Notes under the pieces: model-generated | Databases searched by the model: none | What the model was told of the DNA's origin: nothing | What the model saw: only the letters and a program-made list of their open reading frames with translations | Shown: one piece after another, positions 18,259 through 29,281 of the stretch | Numbering within the stretch: the stretch's first letter is position 1 | Layout of the letters: each line of letters opens with the position of its first letter | Program-made: the position numbers and the translations under genes | Origin: Gammaproteobacteria bacterium | Lineage (GTDB): Bacteria; Pseudomonadota; Gammaproteobacteria; WOZS01 | Length of the DNA stretch: 64,000 nucleotides | Assembly: GCA_011620135.1 (NCBI GenBank) | Contig: WOZS01000011.1 | Coordinates: 15,183-79,182, forward strand | Direction: 5' to 3'

Positions 18259-19700
18259 GGCAGCGGGATGCTGATCCGGATGGCCGCATTCTGCAGCACA
18301 TGGAGGATGGGTGGCGGCATGAGCAGGCCCAGGATGACCACCAGGCCCAGCTGGAGCCATGAGGGCCACAGGGCGATGGTCTCCTTGGTTTGCATGGTCG
18401 TCGCAGCAGGCGCCTCGCCCAGGACCATGGGCTGAACCTGGCGCAGCAGGGCGGCAAAGGCAATCACCATGCAAAGCGCCAGCGACGCCGCAAGCCAGGG
18501 CTGATGGGCGGCAGCGCTGGTCAGGATGAGCAACTCGCTCACGAAAAGACCAAACGGTGGCAATCCAGCCATGGCGGCGGCTGCAGCCATGAAGGCCCAG
18601 CCCAGACGGGGGTCGAGGTGCAGCAGGCCGCGTATCCGCTCCGTGGAACGGCTGCCCGCTTTCCTGGTGACGGCCCCCACGATGATGAACAACGCCGCCT
18701 TACCCAGGCCATGGCACAAGAGATGCAGCAAGGCGGCGAAGGTGGCAAGCGGTGTACCCAGGCCCAGGGCGAAGGTGGCAATCCCCATGTGCTCGATGGA
18801 GGAATAGCCAAAAAGGCGCTTGATGTCCCGTTGCCGCAGCAACAGCAAGGCGGCCAGCAGTGTGGAGGCGAGGCCGAAGGCCAGCAACAGCATGTTCGGG
18901 ATATCGTGGCTGGCGGAGGTGGCCAGGGCCGCATCAGTGAGCATCTTGATGCGCAGCAGGGCATAGAGCGCCACATTGAGCAGCGTGCCCGAGAGCATGG
19001 CGAGCAGCGGGGCAATGGCCGCCGAATAGGCATCGGGCAGCCATTGGTGTAGCGGCACCAGGCCCGCCTTGGTGCCATAGCCTACCAGACAGAAGACGAA
19101 GGCTATGCCCATCACGGTGGGATCGAGATGGCTGGCTGCCGCATGGAGCGCTGGCCAGTTCATGGCCTGCTGCGGGTCATCCAGGGCTTGGTGGGCGGCA
19201 AAGGCCACCAGCACGGTGCCGAACAGCGCCTGGGCAATGCCCACGCCACATAACACGAAATACTTCCAGGCCGCCTCCACCGCCTGGGGAGTGCGGTTGA
19301 AGGCCACCAGCAGCACGGTGGCCAGCGTGGCTCCTTCCAGCGCCACCCACAGGATGCCGATGTTGCTGCAGGCCAGCGCCAGCTGCATGGTGCACGAAAA
19401 GGCCTGGAACAAGGGATAGAACAGGGCCGCACCACCCTTGCCGGCCGGCTCCAGGAAGTAGGGGCAGGACAGCGCCACGGTGAGGGTGATGAACCCTGTG
19501 GTCAGCAGAAAAGGCTTATTGATGGCATCCAGCATGAGTACTGTGCCGGCATGCGCCGGACCCAGCACAGCCAGGAGGGCGGCGATACAAGCCAGTGCAC
19601 TCGCCCAGAGGTTGATCTGCGCCTGATGCTGGCGATGGAAGGCCAGCAGGATGGCCGCTGCACCCGGGATCAGCACAGCAAGCCACAGGCTCATGGCCAT
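18255..19700 (-). CDS. NuoN/NuoM (HyfF/MrpD)-like antiporter-type membrane subunit
   Basis: 481 aa polytopic. Contains the conserved GLVPLHQWLPDAY motif and a FGYSSIEHMG block typical of complex I N/M subunits. Confidence 0.75.
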   Translation of the reverse strand: MAMSLWLAVLIPGAAAILLAFHRQHQAQINLWASALACIAALLAVLGPAHAGTVLMLDAINKPFLLTTGFITLTVALSCPYFLEPAGKGGAALFYPLFQAFSCTMQLALACSNIGILWVALEGATLATVLLVAFNRTPQAVEAAWKYFVLCGVGIAQALFGTVLVAFAAHQALDDPQQAMNWPALHAAASHLDPTVMGIAFVFCLVGYGTKAGLVPLHQWLPDAYSAAIAPLLAMLSGTLLNVALYALLRIKMLTDAALATSASHDIPNMLLLAFGLASTLLAALLLLRQRDIKRLFGYSSIEHMGIATFALGLGTPLATFAALLHLLCHGLGKAALFIIVGAVTRKAGSRSTERIRGLLHLDPRLGWAFMAAAAAMAGLPPFGLFVSELLILTSAAAHQPWLAASLALCMVIAFAALLRQVQPMVLGEAPAATTMQTKETIALWPSWLQLGLVVILGLLMPPPILHVLQNAAIRISIPLP

Positions 19701-20383
19701 TGTTTCTCCACAACGCCGCTTTCCTCGGTCAAGGCGCTCAGGCGATCCACATCCATGGAGTCGATGTTTTCCCGGATGTGCAGGAAAAAGATGCCAAAGA
19801 GCACCATGGCCAACAGCACATCAAAGGCAATGCCCAGCTCCACCACCAGCGGCATGCCTCCTGTGGCCGCCACGGCAGCGAGAAACAGGCCATTTTCCAT
19901 GGCCATGAACCCCACCACCTGTGCCATGGCCTGGTGGCGCACCACCATCATCAAAAGACCCAGCAGCACCACGGCGAGACTGACCATGATCACGCTGCCA
20001 TGGATAGACGAGGCCATCTGCGCAAGTGGCAGCACCACCCAGTAGCTGAACACCACCAGTGCAGCACCTGAAAAGAGGACGAGTCCCTGGTGGTCGAGCA
20101 CCTCAGCGCTGCGGTGCAACGCGAGGCGGTCCAGCTGCCGGTCCAGCATCCATGGGATGCACAGCCCCTTGAGGGCGAAGGTGAGCAGCGCCGAGACCAG
20201 CAACTCGCCACGGCCATCCACGATGCCGCGCAGCAAGGCCACCAGGGCCACACACATTCCTTGGATGGCACAGGCATAGATGACCGGCACAAGACGCGTC
20301 TGGCTCAGCAGCACGAACGAGGTGAGCAGCACCAAGCCCGCCAGGAAGGCCACGCCCTGCTCGGCAAGCGGCATACTGGTCAT
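19691..20383 (-). CDS. HyfE-like (NuoK-related) membrane subunit
   Basis: 230 aa, hydrophobic. C-terminal NuoK-like helix GFMAMENGLFLAA. Confidence 0.65.
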   Translation of the reverse strand: MTSMPLAEQGVAFLAGLVLLTSFVLLSQTRLVPVIYACAIQGMCVALVALLRGIVDGRGELLVSALLTFALKGLCIPWMLDRQLDRLALHRSAEVLDHQGLVLFSGAALVVFSYWVVLPLAQMASSIHGSVIMVSLAVVLLGLLMMVVRHQAMAQVVGFMAMENGLFLAAVAATGGMPLVVELGIAFDVLLAMVLFGIFFLHIRENIDSMDVDRLSALTEESGVVEKQWP

Positions 20384-21348
20384 GGATTGTGTTCCAGGAT
20401 GACATGGCTGAATAAGCCAAGCACCGCCAGCAGGAAGGCCAGGTTGAGCATGCCCGGGGCGCGAAACAGGCGCATCTTGGGCAGCAGTGCTTCGGTCAGG
20501 GCCAGCACCACGCCCAGGGCTGCCAGTTTGCCCATCAGGCAGAGCAATGCCAGGGCCAGCATGGCTGGGCTGGCATGGTCGGCCAGCCCCCAGGGGGCAA
20601 ACAGATCAGCCAGCAGGATGCCGTAGAACAAAAGTTTCATGTGGCCGCTCCATTCCACCAGCGCCAGGTGGCGGCCGCTCCACTCCAGCACCATGGCCTC
20701 ATGCACCATGGTGAGCTCGAGATGAGTGGTGGTGTTGTCGGCGGGCAGGCGGCCATTTTCCACGCCGGCCACCATCAAAAGGGCCAGCAGTGTGAACAGG
20801 AACGAGGGCCGCAGCATCATTCCGGTATCCAGCAGATGGCCCACCAGGACCGCAAGATTGCTGCTGTGGGCGGTCATGGCGAGACTGAACAGGCCAAGCA
20901 GCAGCGTGGGTTCGGCCAGGGCGCTCAGCATCAGCTCCCGGCTTGCACCCAGTCCCCCGAAGGCCGTGCCCGGGTCCAGGGAGCCGATCATCAAGGCCAC
21001 GCGCGCCAGGGTCAGGAAGCCTGTCAGCACCAGGACATCCGTGACGCTGGCCAGCGGTGTTTGCACGGTGAGCATGGGCAAGGCCGAGGAAGCCAGCAGC
21101 GTGGCGGCGAACATCACATAGGGGGCCATGCGAAACAGCCATGAGGCGGTATGGGGCACCACCGGTTCCTTGGCGAACAGGCGGCGCAGGTTGCGCCATG
21201 GCTGCAGGGGCGAAGGGCCACGGCGGTTCTGCAGCCGGGCACGCAGCATGTCCACCCAGCCATTGAGCAGCGGTGCCGCCAGGGCGAATAGCAGGATCTG
21301 CAGCGGCAGCATGGCCCACTCCAGGGCGTTCACCAGGACATCACCCAC
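20380..21348 (-). CDS. NuoH (HyfC/HycD)-like membrane subunit
   Basis: 322 aa. The N-terminal region RLQNRRGPSPLQPWRNLRRLFAKEPVVP is NuoH-like. Confidence 0.75.
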   Translation of the reverse strand: MGDVLVNALEWAMLPLQILLFALAAPLLNGWVDMLRARLQNRRGPSPLQPWRNLRRLFAKEPVVPHTASWLFRMAPYVMFAATLLASSALPMLTVQTPLASVTDVLVLTGFLTLARVALMIGSLDPGTAFGGLGASRELMLSALAEPTLLLGLFSLAMTAHSSNLAVLVGHLLDTGMMLRPSFLFTLLALLMVAGVENGRLPADNTTTHLELTMVHEAMVLEWSGRHLALVEWSGHMKLLFYGILLADLFAPWGLADHASPAMLALALLCLMGKLAALGVVLALTEALLPKMRLFRAPGMLNLAFLLAVLGLFSHVILEHNP

Positions 21349-23357
21349 AGCAGGACCAGCAATGTGCCCAGTGAAAAACCCAGGTACAGTCGCACCCGTC
21401 CCGACTGTAGACGGGCTGCGTGGCGCGAGAGGGACATGACAAACCGGGCCACCGGGGCATAGAGCAAGTCCCAGGTGCGATCAGCGATCTCCAGATGATA
21501 GCGCCGCCCCTGGGGGCTGCCGAGACGCTCATGGATCGACAGCAATCCGGCAAAGACCTGGCGCAGCGGCATAGCCAGGGCTGCAGGCGTGATCTGCATG
21601 CGTGCCGTGGGCGGCCCCAGTCCGCAGGCCCAGGGCTGGACCCGCCTGAGCGCGGCGCGTTTTCTGGTGTGCAACAGGGCGGCTGTACACAGGGCAATGA
21701 TCATGATCACGGCAAGGACCGCCAGCGGTGCATAGCTGGCCTGGGTTGCCGTCACAGGAGTGATGATCAGTGCCGAGGCCGTCTGCACGGCAGGGTGGTG
21801 CAGCAATGCCACTGTGACCTGGTTCAGCATCATGAGCAGCAGACCGGGAAACAGGCCGGAGAGCACACACAACGCGGCCAGCATACCCTGGGCAAGCAGC
21901 ATGGCGCGCGGCGCTTCCCTGGCGCGCCGCGCCGGGCGGCTGCGGGCCTGGCCCAGGAAGGCGCTGGCAAAGAGCCGCAGCAGGCAGGCCGTGCCCAGGG
22001 CCGTGGTCAGCGCAAGGCAGGCGGCGGCAAGCGGGATGAGGCTGCGCAGGATACCCTGCTCCATCTGCCAGGACTGCAGCGCTGCCTGGAAGAGCAGCCA
22101 CTCCGAGGCAAAGCCATTGAGCGGCGGGATGGCAGCCAGGCCCAGGCAACCCAGCAGGAACAGACCGCCGCTGGCGGGCATGCGTCGCAGCAACCCGCCC
22201 ATGCGCCCCAGGTCGTAGGTGTCGCAGGCCTGTTGGATGGTGCCAGCACCCAGGAACAAGAGCGCCTTGAGCAGGGCGTGGTTGAGCACATGCAGCAGGG
22301 CAGCTCCCAGGGCCATGGCGGCCAGCATGGCATGTCCAGTGGTGCGGTAGAGCAAGGCGAGCCCCAGGGCCATGGTGACAAGCCCCAGATTCTCGATGGA
22401 AGAACAGGCCAGCACCCGCTTGATGTCCTGCTGCACCAGCGCCAGCACCACGCCCAGCACCATGGAAAGGGCTCCTGTGGTGATCATGGTCACGGCAAGC
22501 CCAAGGGCCGATTGCACAGACACCAGGTCGAAGCACAAGCGCACCATGCCGTAGATGGCTATCTTGAGCATCACAGCAGACATCAAGGCCGAGATGTGCG
22601 ATGGGGCCGCTGGATGGGCCAGCGGTAGCCAGACATGCAGTGGGACAAGCCCTGCTTTGGCGGCGAAGGCAAGACAGGCGAGCGCCAGGGCCGCCATGGC
22701 GCTCGCTGAGGCAGGAGCCGCACGCCATTGAGCAAAATCAGGCCCGCCTGCCCCATGCGCCAAAAGGCCAAAGGCCAGCAGCAGGACAAGGGCTCCCATA
22801 TGGGCCACCAGCAGGTAGATCAATCCGGCCTGCCGGCTGGCACTCTCCTCATGGTGTTGGATCACCAGCAGGTACGAGGCAAGCGCCATGCCCTCCCAGC
22901 CCAGCATGAAAGGGAAGGCGTGAGCGGCAAGCAGCACCAGGATCATGCTGGCCACGAAAAAACCCGTGGCCACCCCCGGGCGCCTGAAGCCTGTCTCTAT
23001 ATGGAGCAGGTAGGGTCTGGCATAGAGGGCGATGGTGCTCACAACCGCGCCCAGCGGCAGCAGGAAGACGGCACTCAGTGGATCCAGGATCAGGTGCCAT
23101 GGAATGACGCCAAGGGTCATCACGACGGCATCGCTGGGGCCACCCAGCAGCAACCACAGTCCGGCGGCCAGACTGCACAGCCCGCTTGCCCCCAGGAGTT
23201 GCAGCGCGAGCCGTTCCCAGGAGCGCGGGCCTGCGGCACTCAATCCGGCGGCCATGGCAAGCCCCATGGCCAGCATGGCGAGTCCAAGGGGTGTCATGCC
23301 AAGGTATGCATCATTTTTCAAGGTACCCAGCCAGAATGGCGCTAGCCAGAATAGCAT
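21330..23357 (-). CDS. NuoL (HyfB/HycC/MrpA)-like antiporter-type membrane subunit
   Basis: 675 aa. Motifs WEGMALASYLLV, GLVPLHVWLPLAHPAAPSHISALM and SSIENLG. A likely internal start is at MTPLGLAML. Confidence 0.75.
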   Translation of the reverse strand: MLFWLAPFWLGTLKNDAYLGMTPLGLAMLAMGLAMAAGLSAAGPRSWERLALQLLGASGLCSLAAGLWLLLGGPSDAVVMTLGVIPWHLILDPLSAVFLLPLGAVVSTIALYARPYLLHIETGFRRPGVATGFFVASMILVLLAAHAFPFMLGWEGMALASYLLVIQHHEESASRQAGLIYLLVAHMGALVLLLAFGLLAHGAGGPDFAQWRAAPASASAMAALALACLAFAAKAGLVPLHVWLPLAHPAAPSHISALMSAVMLKIAIYGMVRLCFDLVSVQSALGLAVTMITTGALSMVLGVVLALVQQDIKRVLACSSIENLGLVTMALGLALLYRTTGHAMLAAMALGAALLHVLNHALLKALLFLGAGTIQQACDTYDLGRMGGLLRRMPASGGLFLLGCLGLAAIPPLNGFASEWLLFQAALQSWQMEQGILRSLIPLAAACLALTTALGTACLLRLFASAFLGQARSRPARRAREAPRAMLLAQGMLAALCVLSGLFPGLLLMMLNQVTVALLHHPAVQTASALIITPVTATQASYAPLAVLAVIMIIALCTAALLHTRKRAALRRVQPWACGLGPPTARMQITPAALAMPLRQVFAGLLSIHERLGSPQGRRYHLEIADRTWDLLYAPVARFVMSLSRHAARLQSGRVRLYLGFSLGTLLVLLWVMSW

Positions 23358-23408
23358 ATTCCATGCATAAGGAAGGGTGCTCCAGACAAATGAGGGGTAT
23401 TTTCAGGG

Positions 23409-25223
23409 CTATTTGGTCAGGTTGGTGTTCAATAACAACAAGTCACAGCGCTGGCCGAGCCCCTTGAGCAGTTTGGTGTCGGTTTCCGGTGAGCGGGCGC
23501 CGAGGCAGAGGCTGGACTGGGCAAGACGGGCTGCCTTGCTCGAGGCAAACCGCAGTGTGAGCCGAAAGCCGCTTGCGGCCATGCCCGGATCGTTCAGCGC
23601 CATGGCCACATCGGTGCGCTTGACAACCATGGCCTCGATTGTGCTGGGCGGCTCCGGGGCAAGCAGGACCAATAGTCTGTCTTGCTCAGAATCGTGAAGT
23701 GGCAGATAGCCTGTAATGCTGAGCGTGTCATCTTGTAGCAACATGGTTTCCACCTGGCCGCCAAGGCCATTGCTGAGGGTGCCAGGGTACTGTTCTGGCA
23801 TGCCGGTGAAGACCAATGTCTTGAACGACATGCTGGCAGGTGGCAGGGTGACAAGCCCCAGCGGAGCGATGCGGTGGCTGATCAGCAGGCTTTGAGCATA
23901 GGCGTTGTAGATGCGCAGCCGGAAGGCTTCCTGGATCTCGGCCAGGGCCTGTACGGGGTAGCGAAACAGCAGGCCGCCTGGGTCTCCCGAGGCAAACCGT
24001 GTTGCTCCATCCACAAGTGCTGCGTGTCGCGCCCTGGCCAGGGGCAGGTTGACTGTCCATGAGAACAGGCAGAAGCCCAGCGCCAGCAGCACGGCCAGCA
24101 ATTGCGGGAGTGGCCGTAGTAAAACAATCCGCCAGCGGACACACAGTCCAAGCCAGACCACGGCCCCCAGCAGCGCGCTGTAGAAGGCATAGCGCGGGGA
24201 CAGGGCCTGCTCCAGGCCGAGCGTGCCGCGCCCGGCTGCGGTCATGGCCGCGGTCAGAAGCCCGAAGAGGATGAAGGCGGGGAACGGGGTGCATGGCTCG
24301 CGGGCCCTTGGTGATGAAGGCAGGCATGCCATCAAGCCCAGCGCCAGCACCACCACACCCCATGCCCAGGCTATCCTTTGTTGGCTGAAGATCGCCCCGC
24401 AAAACAGCGCGACGTAGCCCAGGAACTGGCCGGGATGGCGCAACGTGGCCTCAGGGGAGCTGGCTTCCGGCGGCGTGAAGTAGCCTTGGAAAAACCACCA
24501 CCACAACAGCAGGGTGATCAGCGCTCCTGCCATGAAGGTCATGCCTCTGCGGATGTGCAAGACGGTGAGGAGCACGGGCACGAAAAGCCCGTTGGCCTGC
24601 GAGCCCACCGCCAGCGCCGCCAGCAGGTAGGCCGGGATGAGATGGCCCCGGGCCGAGCACAGCAGCGCGGCGAGACCAAGCAGCATCACCTGGTAGTTGG
24701 ACAGCGCCGCCATGGCCCACAGCGCACTCTCCCAGGCGGCGGGCTGGAACAGCAGCAAGGCACAGGGCAGCAGCGCCAGGAGTTTCCTGTTGGCTGAAAA
24801 CATGGGCGGCAGCGCTTTGTAGAGCACCAGCAGCACTGCAGGCAAGGCGGCGTTGCCCAGCAGCGTGAGCCGTTGCAGGTTGACGGCCCCAAAAAGCCCC
24901 CAGTCGGCCAGGGCGACAAGTCTTGTCAGCACGATGCGATGGTTGCTGTTCTGGTGAATCAGCCAGTGGTAGGCCTCATGGAGGTTTTGGGCCTTGGCGA
25001 GGCGCGCCAGCGAGCCCAGGATGGCGCCAAAGTCGTCCATGATGGGGAAGTTGACGCTCAAGTTCAGGATGAAGACGAGATAGGCGGCCATGGGCAAGAG
25101 CAGCGCAGCCCAAAGCATGGCTGACTTGCCGGCCTCGCCTAGCTTTGGATGCCAGATGACCACAGGAATATCGGTATCAGATCTCGCATGGCCTCTTGAC
25201 CCAGCTTGGTGGATAGCGGGCAT
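23409..25223 (-). CDS. polytopic membrane protein, candidate GT-C family glycosyltransferase (arabinofuranosyltransferase-like)
   Basis: 604 aa. About 400 aa with 10 or more predicted TM helices, then a roughly 200-aa soluble C-terminal domain. A DD motif (FPIMDDFG) follows TM1, as in GT-C enzymes. A probable start is at MLWAALLL (25121). Lies 51 nt upstream of the Ehr cluster and downstream of the DPA-like genes. Confidence 0.45.
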   Translation of the reverse strand: MPAIHQAGSRGHARSDTDIPVVIWHPKLGEAGKSAMLWAALLLPMAAYLVFILNLSVNFPIMDDFGAILGSLARLAKAQNLHEAYHWLIHQNSNHRIVLTRLVALADWGLFGAVNLQRLTLLGNAALPAVLLVLYKALPPMFSANRKLLALLPCALLLFQPAAWESALWAMAALSNYQVMLLGLAALLCSARGHLIPAYLLAALAVGSQANGLFVPVLLTVLHIRRGMTFMAGALITLLLWWWFFQGYFTPPEASSPEATLRHPGQFLGYVALFCGAIFSQQRIAWAWGVVVLALGLMACLPSSPRAREPCTPFPAFILFGLLTAAMTAAGRGTLGLEQALSPRYAFYSALLGAVVWLGLCVRWRIVLLRPLPQLLAVLLALGFCLFSWTVNLPLARARHAALVDGATRFASGDPGGLLFRYPVQALAEIQEAFRLRIYNAYAQSLLISHRIAPLGLVTLPPASMSFKTLVFTGMPEQYPGTLSNGLGGQVETMLLQDDTLSITGYLPLHDSEQDRLLVLLAPEPPSTIEAMVVKRTDVAMALNDPGMAASGFRLTLRFASSKAARLAQSSLCLGARSPETDTKLLKGLGQRCDLLLLNTNLTK

Positions 25224-25379
25224 GTCTTGCGGCTCGAGGGCAACAAACCTTGGTCATGGTACCATGCCGGCATGCCGTTTTCCGTGCGTCCGGCCCAGCG
25301 GTCCAGGAAACCGGCCATGCCCTCTGCTGTGGCCGAGCAGTCGTACCTGTTGCCCTGGCCGGAGAGTCGAGGCTCGTGC

Positions 25380-27188
<1,809 letters not shown>

Positions 27189-27239
27189 AAGGATGTATCG
27201 AACAGATTGAAGAAAAGAAAGAAAAGAACATTGAATAGA

Positions 27240-27998
27240 CTACAGACGCAGGCGAATGAACAAAGGTTCCGGGATGGCGCGCACCACCAGCATGATCCAG
27301 CGCCAGAACCACGGGGCATAGACCACCCCGCCCCGGCGGCCGGCCATGGCTTGCGCGATGGCACGACCCACCTGCTCTGGCTGAGCCCACAGCGCATTCT
27401 TGCTGAGGTCTTTTGTCATGGGCGAGTCCACGAAACCGGGCTTGACCGTGACCACCCTGACTCCCTTGGCCTGGAGCTGGTTGCGCAAGCCGGAGAGAAA
27501 GGCCGCAAGACCCGCCTTGGCGGCGCCATAGACATAGTTGGACTGCCGGCCCCGGTCGCCCGCCACAGAGGAGATGCCCACCAGAACGCCATGACCCTGG
27601 CTTGCCATGTGGTTGGCGGCCAGCTGCAGGATCGTGCAGGCACTGAGCAGGTTGGTCTCCAGCGCCTGGCGCAATGCCTTCATGTCGCTCTGGCACCTGG
27701 CCTGGTCGGGCAGGTCGCCATAGGCCAGGATGAGGCCATCGAGGCCGCCCAGGTGTGCGAGGGCGGCATCCAGCATGGCCTGGTGCATGGTCCAATCGCT
27801 GCAATCCATGATGTACGTTCCGGGCTCATGACTGCTGCGCAGCGCAAGGTCGGCTGCCACCAGGGCAAGGCGTTCCTTGTTGCGGGCCACGAGAAAGAAA
27901 CGGGCGTCCTGCTGGGCGAGGATTCTTGCCGTAGCCTCTGCGATGGCCGATGTGGCCCCGACGATCACGATACGCTTCACGCGCTCACCCGGCGCCAC
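27240..27998 (-). CDS. short-chain dehydrogenase/reductase, DprE2-like (decaprenylphospho-2-keto-ribose reductase-like)
   Basis: Rossmann motif GATSAIAEATAR and a YGAAKAGL catalytic Tyr/Lys. About 252 aa like Rv3791. Immediately downstream of a DprE1-like gene. Confidence 0.65.
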   Translation of the reverse strand: MAPGERVKRIVIVGATSAIAEATARILAQQDARFFLVARNKERLALVAADLALRSSHEPGTYIMDCSDWTMHQAMLDAALAHLGGLDGLILAYGDLPDQARCQSDMKALRQALETNLLSACTILQLAANHMASQGHGVLVGISSVAGDRGRQSNYVYGAAKAGLAAFLSGLRNQLQAKGVRVVTVKPGFVDSPMTKDLSKNALWAQPEQVGRAIAQAMAGRRGGVVYAPWFWRWIMLVVRAIPEPLFIRLRL

Positions 27999-29281
27999 AG
28001 GCTCGAGGAGATGGCGGGGTCACGCCGTGCGGCAAGCTCCGCCCATCGGGGGTAGGCGGCCTGGAATTGTTCCTTGGTCATCAGGGCATCCTTGGCGGGA
28101 TAGATGGCCCCGCCTGCTTCATGGATCAGGGTATAGAAGGCGCGCAAGGCGGCGATGGTCTGCGAGCCCTGGTGAGGCACATCCAGGGCCAGCGTTACCC
28201 CGGGCCTGGGGAAAGAGAGCCAACCGGGCGAGGCGCGCTCGCCGAACACCTTGAGCACCGCCAGGAATGAACCCATGCCCTGGGTAGCACAGCGTTCCAG
28301 CAGTTCATGGATGACGAAGGTGGCATGACCATGGGGCAGCACGCACTGCAACTGCAGGAAGCCCCTGGGCCCATAAAGCCGGTTCCAATGGGCTATATGA
28401 TCCAACGGATAGAAAAAACCCTTGTAATGGGCAAGGCGTGTGGTGGGCCGCAGCCGCTTCCAGTGGTAGTAGAGCGCATTGAAGGCGCGGATGCGCCGTG
28501 CCCCCACCGCGGGGAAGGGCAGTTCCCAGGGGATGGCCGCCTGCCAGCGTATGCCGGATGAACCCTTGGCCAGGGGTGGGGCATGATTGGCGCGCCACAG
28601 GATGCCCCGGCCCCTGGAGCGGGCCGGGGCAAGGCAATCCACCCAGGCGACCGTATAGTCGAAATCGCGGTCCGAGGCCGAACTCAGGGCAAAGAACTCC
28701 TCGAGGCTCCCAAAGGGGTGTTCCTCGACCACCATGAAGGGATTGGCCACGCGCAAAAGCTGGATGTCGACCCAGCCGACCCAGCCGGTGAGCCCCAGGC
28801 CGGCCACGGTGGCGCCGAACCAGCCATCCTTTTGCTGTGGCGTGCAGAGCATGGGCCGCCTGTCGGAACGCCACAGCTTGAAGCGCAGCACATGGCAGCC
28901 GAAGGTGCCGGCGGCATGATGGTTTTTGCCATGGACATCGTTGGCGATGGCCCCCCCCACCGTCACGAGCCTGGTGCCCGGTGTCACCGGCAGGAAAAAC
29001 CCTTGCGGCAGGGCAAAATCGATGATCTCCTCCAGCGTGGTGCCCGCCTCGCAGCGCAGCACGCCACTTTTGGCATCGAAGGCCAGCAGCCGGTTGCAGG
29101 GCCTGCCCAGCAGCAGTGTGCCGCTTTCGTTGAGACAGCAGTCCCCATAGCTGCACCCATTGCCCCGGGGCAATGCGCTGCTGTCGTCCGTGCCCAAGGC
29201 GGCCTCATGGTGGAAGGATACCCTCCGTCCTGATTGCTGGTGCACCGGCGGGTAGCGGCCGAACGATGGCAACCTGTTCAT
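27977..29281 (-). CDS. FAD-dependent oxidoreductase, DprE1-like
   Basis: FAD_binding_4 region with GGAIANDVHGKNHH. Start ATG at 29281 (MNRLPSFG) shares one nucleotide with the upstream stop (TGATG). Confidence 0.65.
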   Translation of the reverse strand: MNRLPSFGRYPPVHQQSGRRVSFHHEAALGTDDSSALPRGNGCSYGDCCLNESGTLLLGRPCNRLLAFDAKSGVLRCEAGTTLEEIIDFALPQGFFLPVTPGTRLVTVGGAIANDVHGKNHHAAGTFGCHVLRFKLWRSDRRPMLCTPQQKDGWFGATVAGLGLTGWVGWVDIQLLRVANPFMVVEEHPFGSLEEFFALSSASDRDFDYTVAWVDCLAPARSRGRGILWRANHAPPLAKGSSGIRWQAAIPWELPFPAVGARRIRAFNALYYHWKRLRPTTRLAHYKGFFYPLDHIAHWNRLYGPRGFLQLQCVLPHGHATFVIHELLERCATQGMGSFLAVLKVFGERASPGWLSFPRPGVTLALDVPHQGSQTIAALRAFYTLIHEAGGAIYPAKDALMTKEQFQAAYPRWAELAARRDPAISSSLWRRVSA

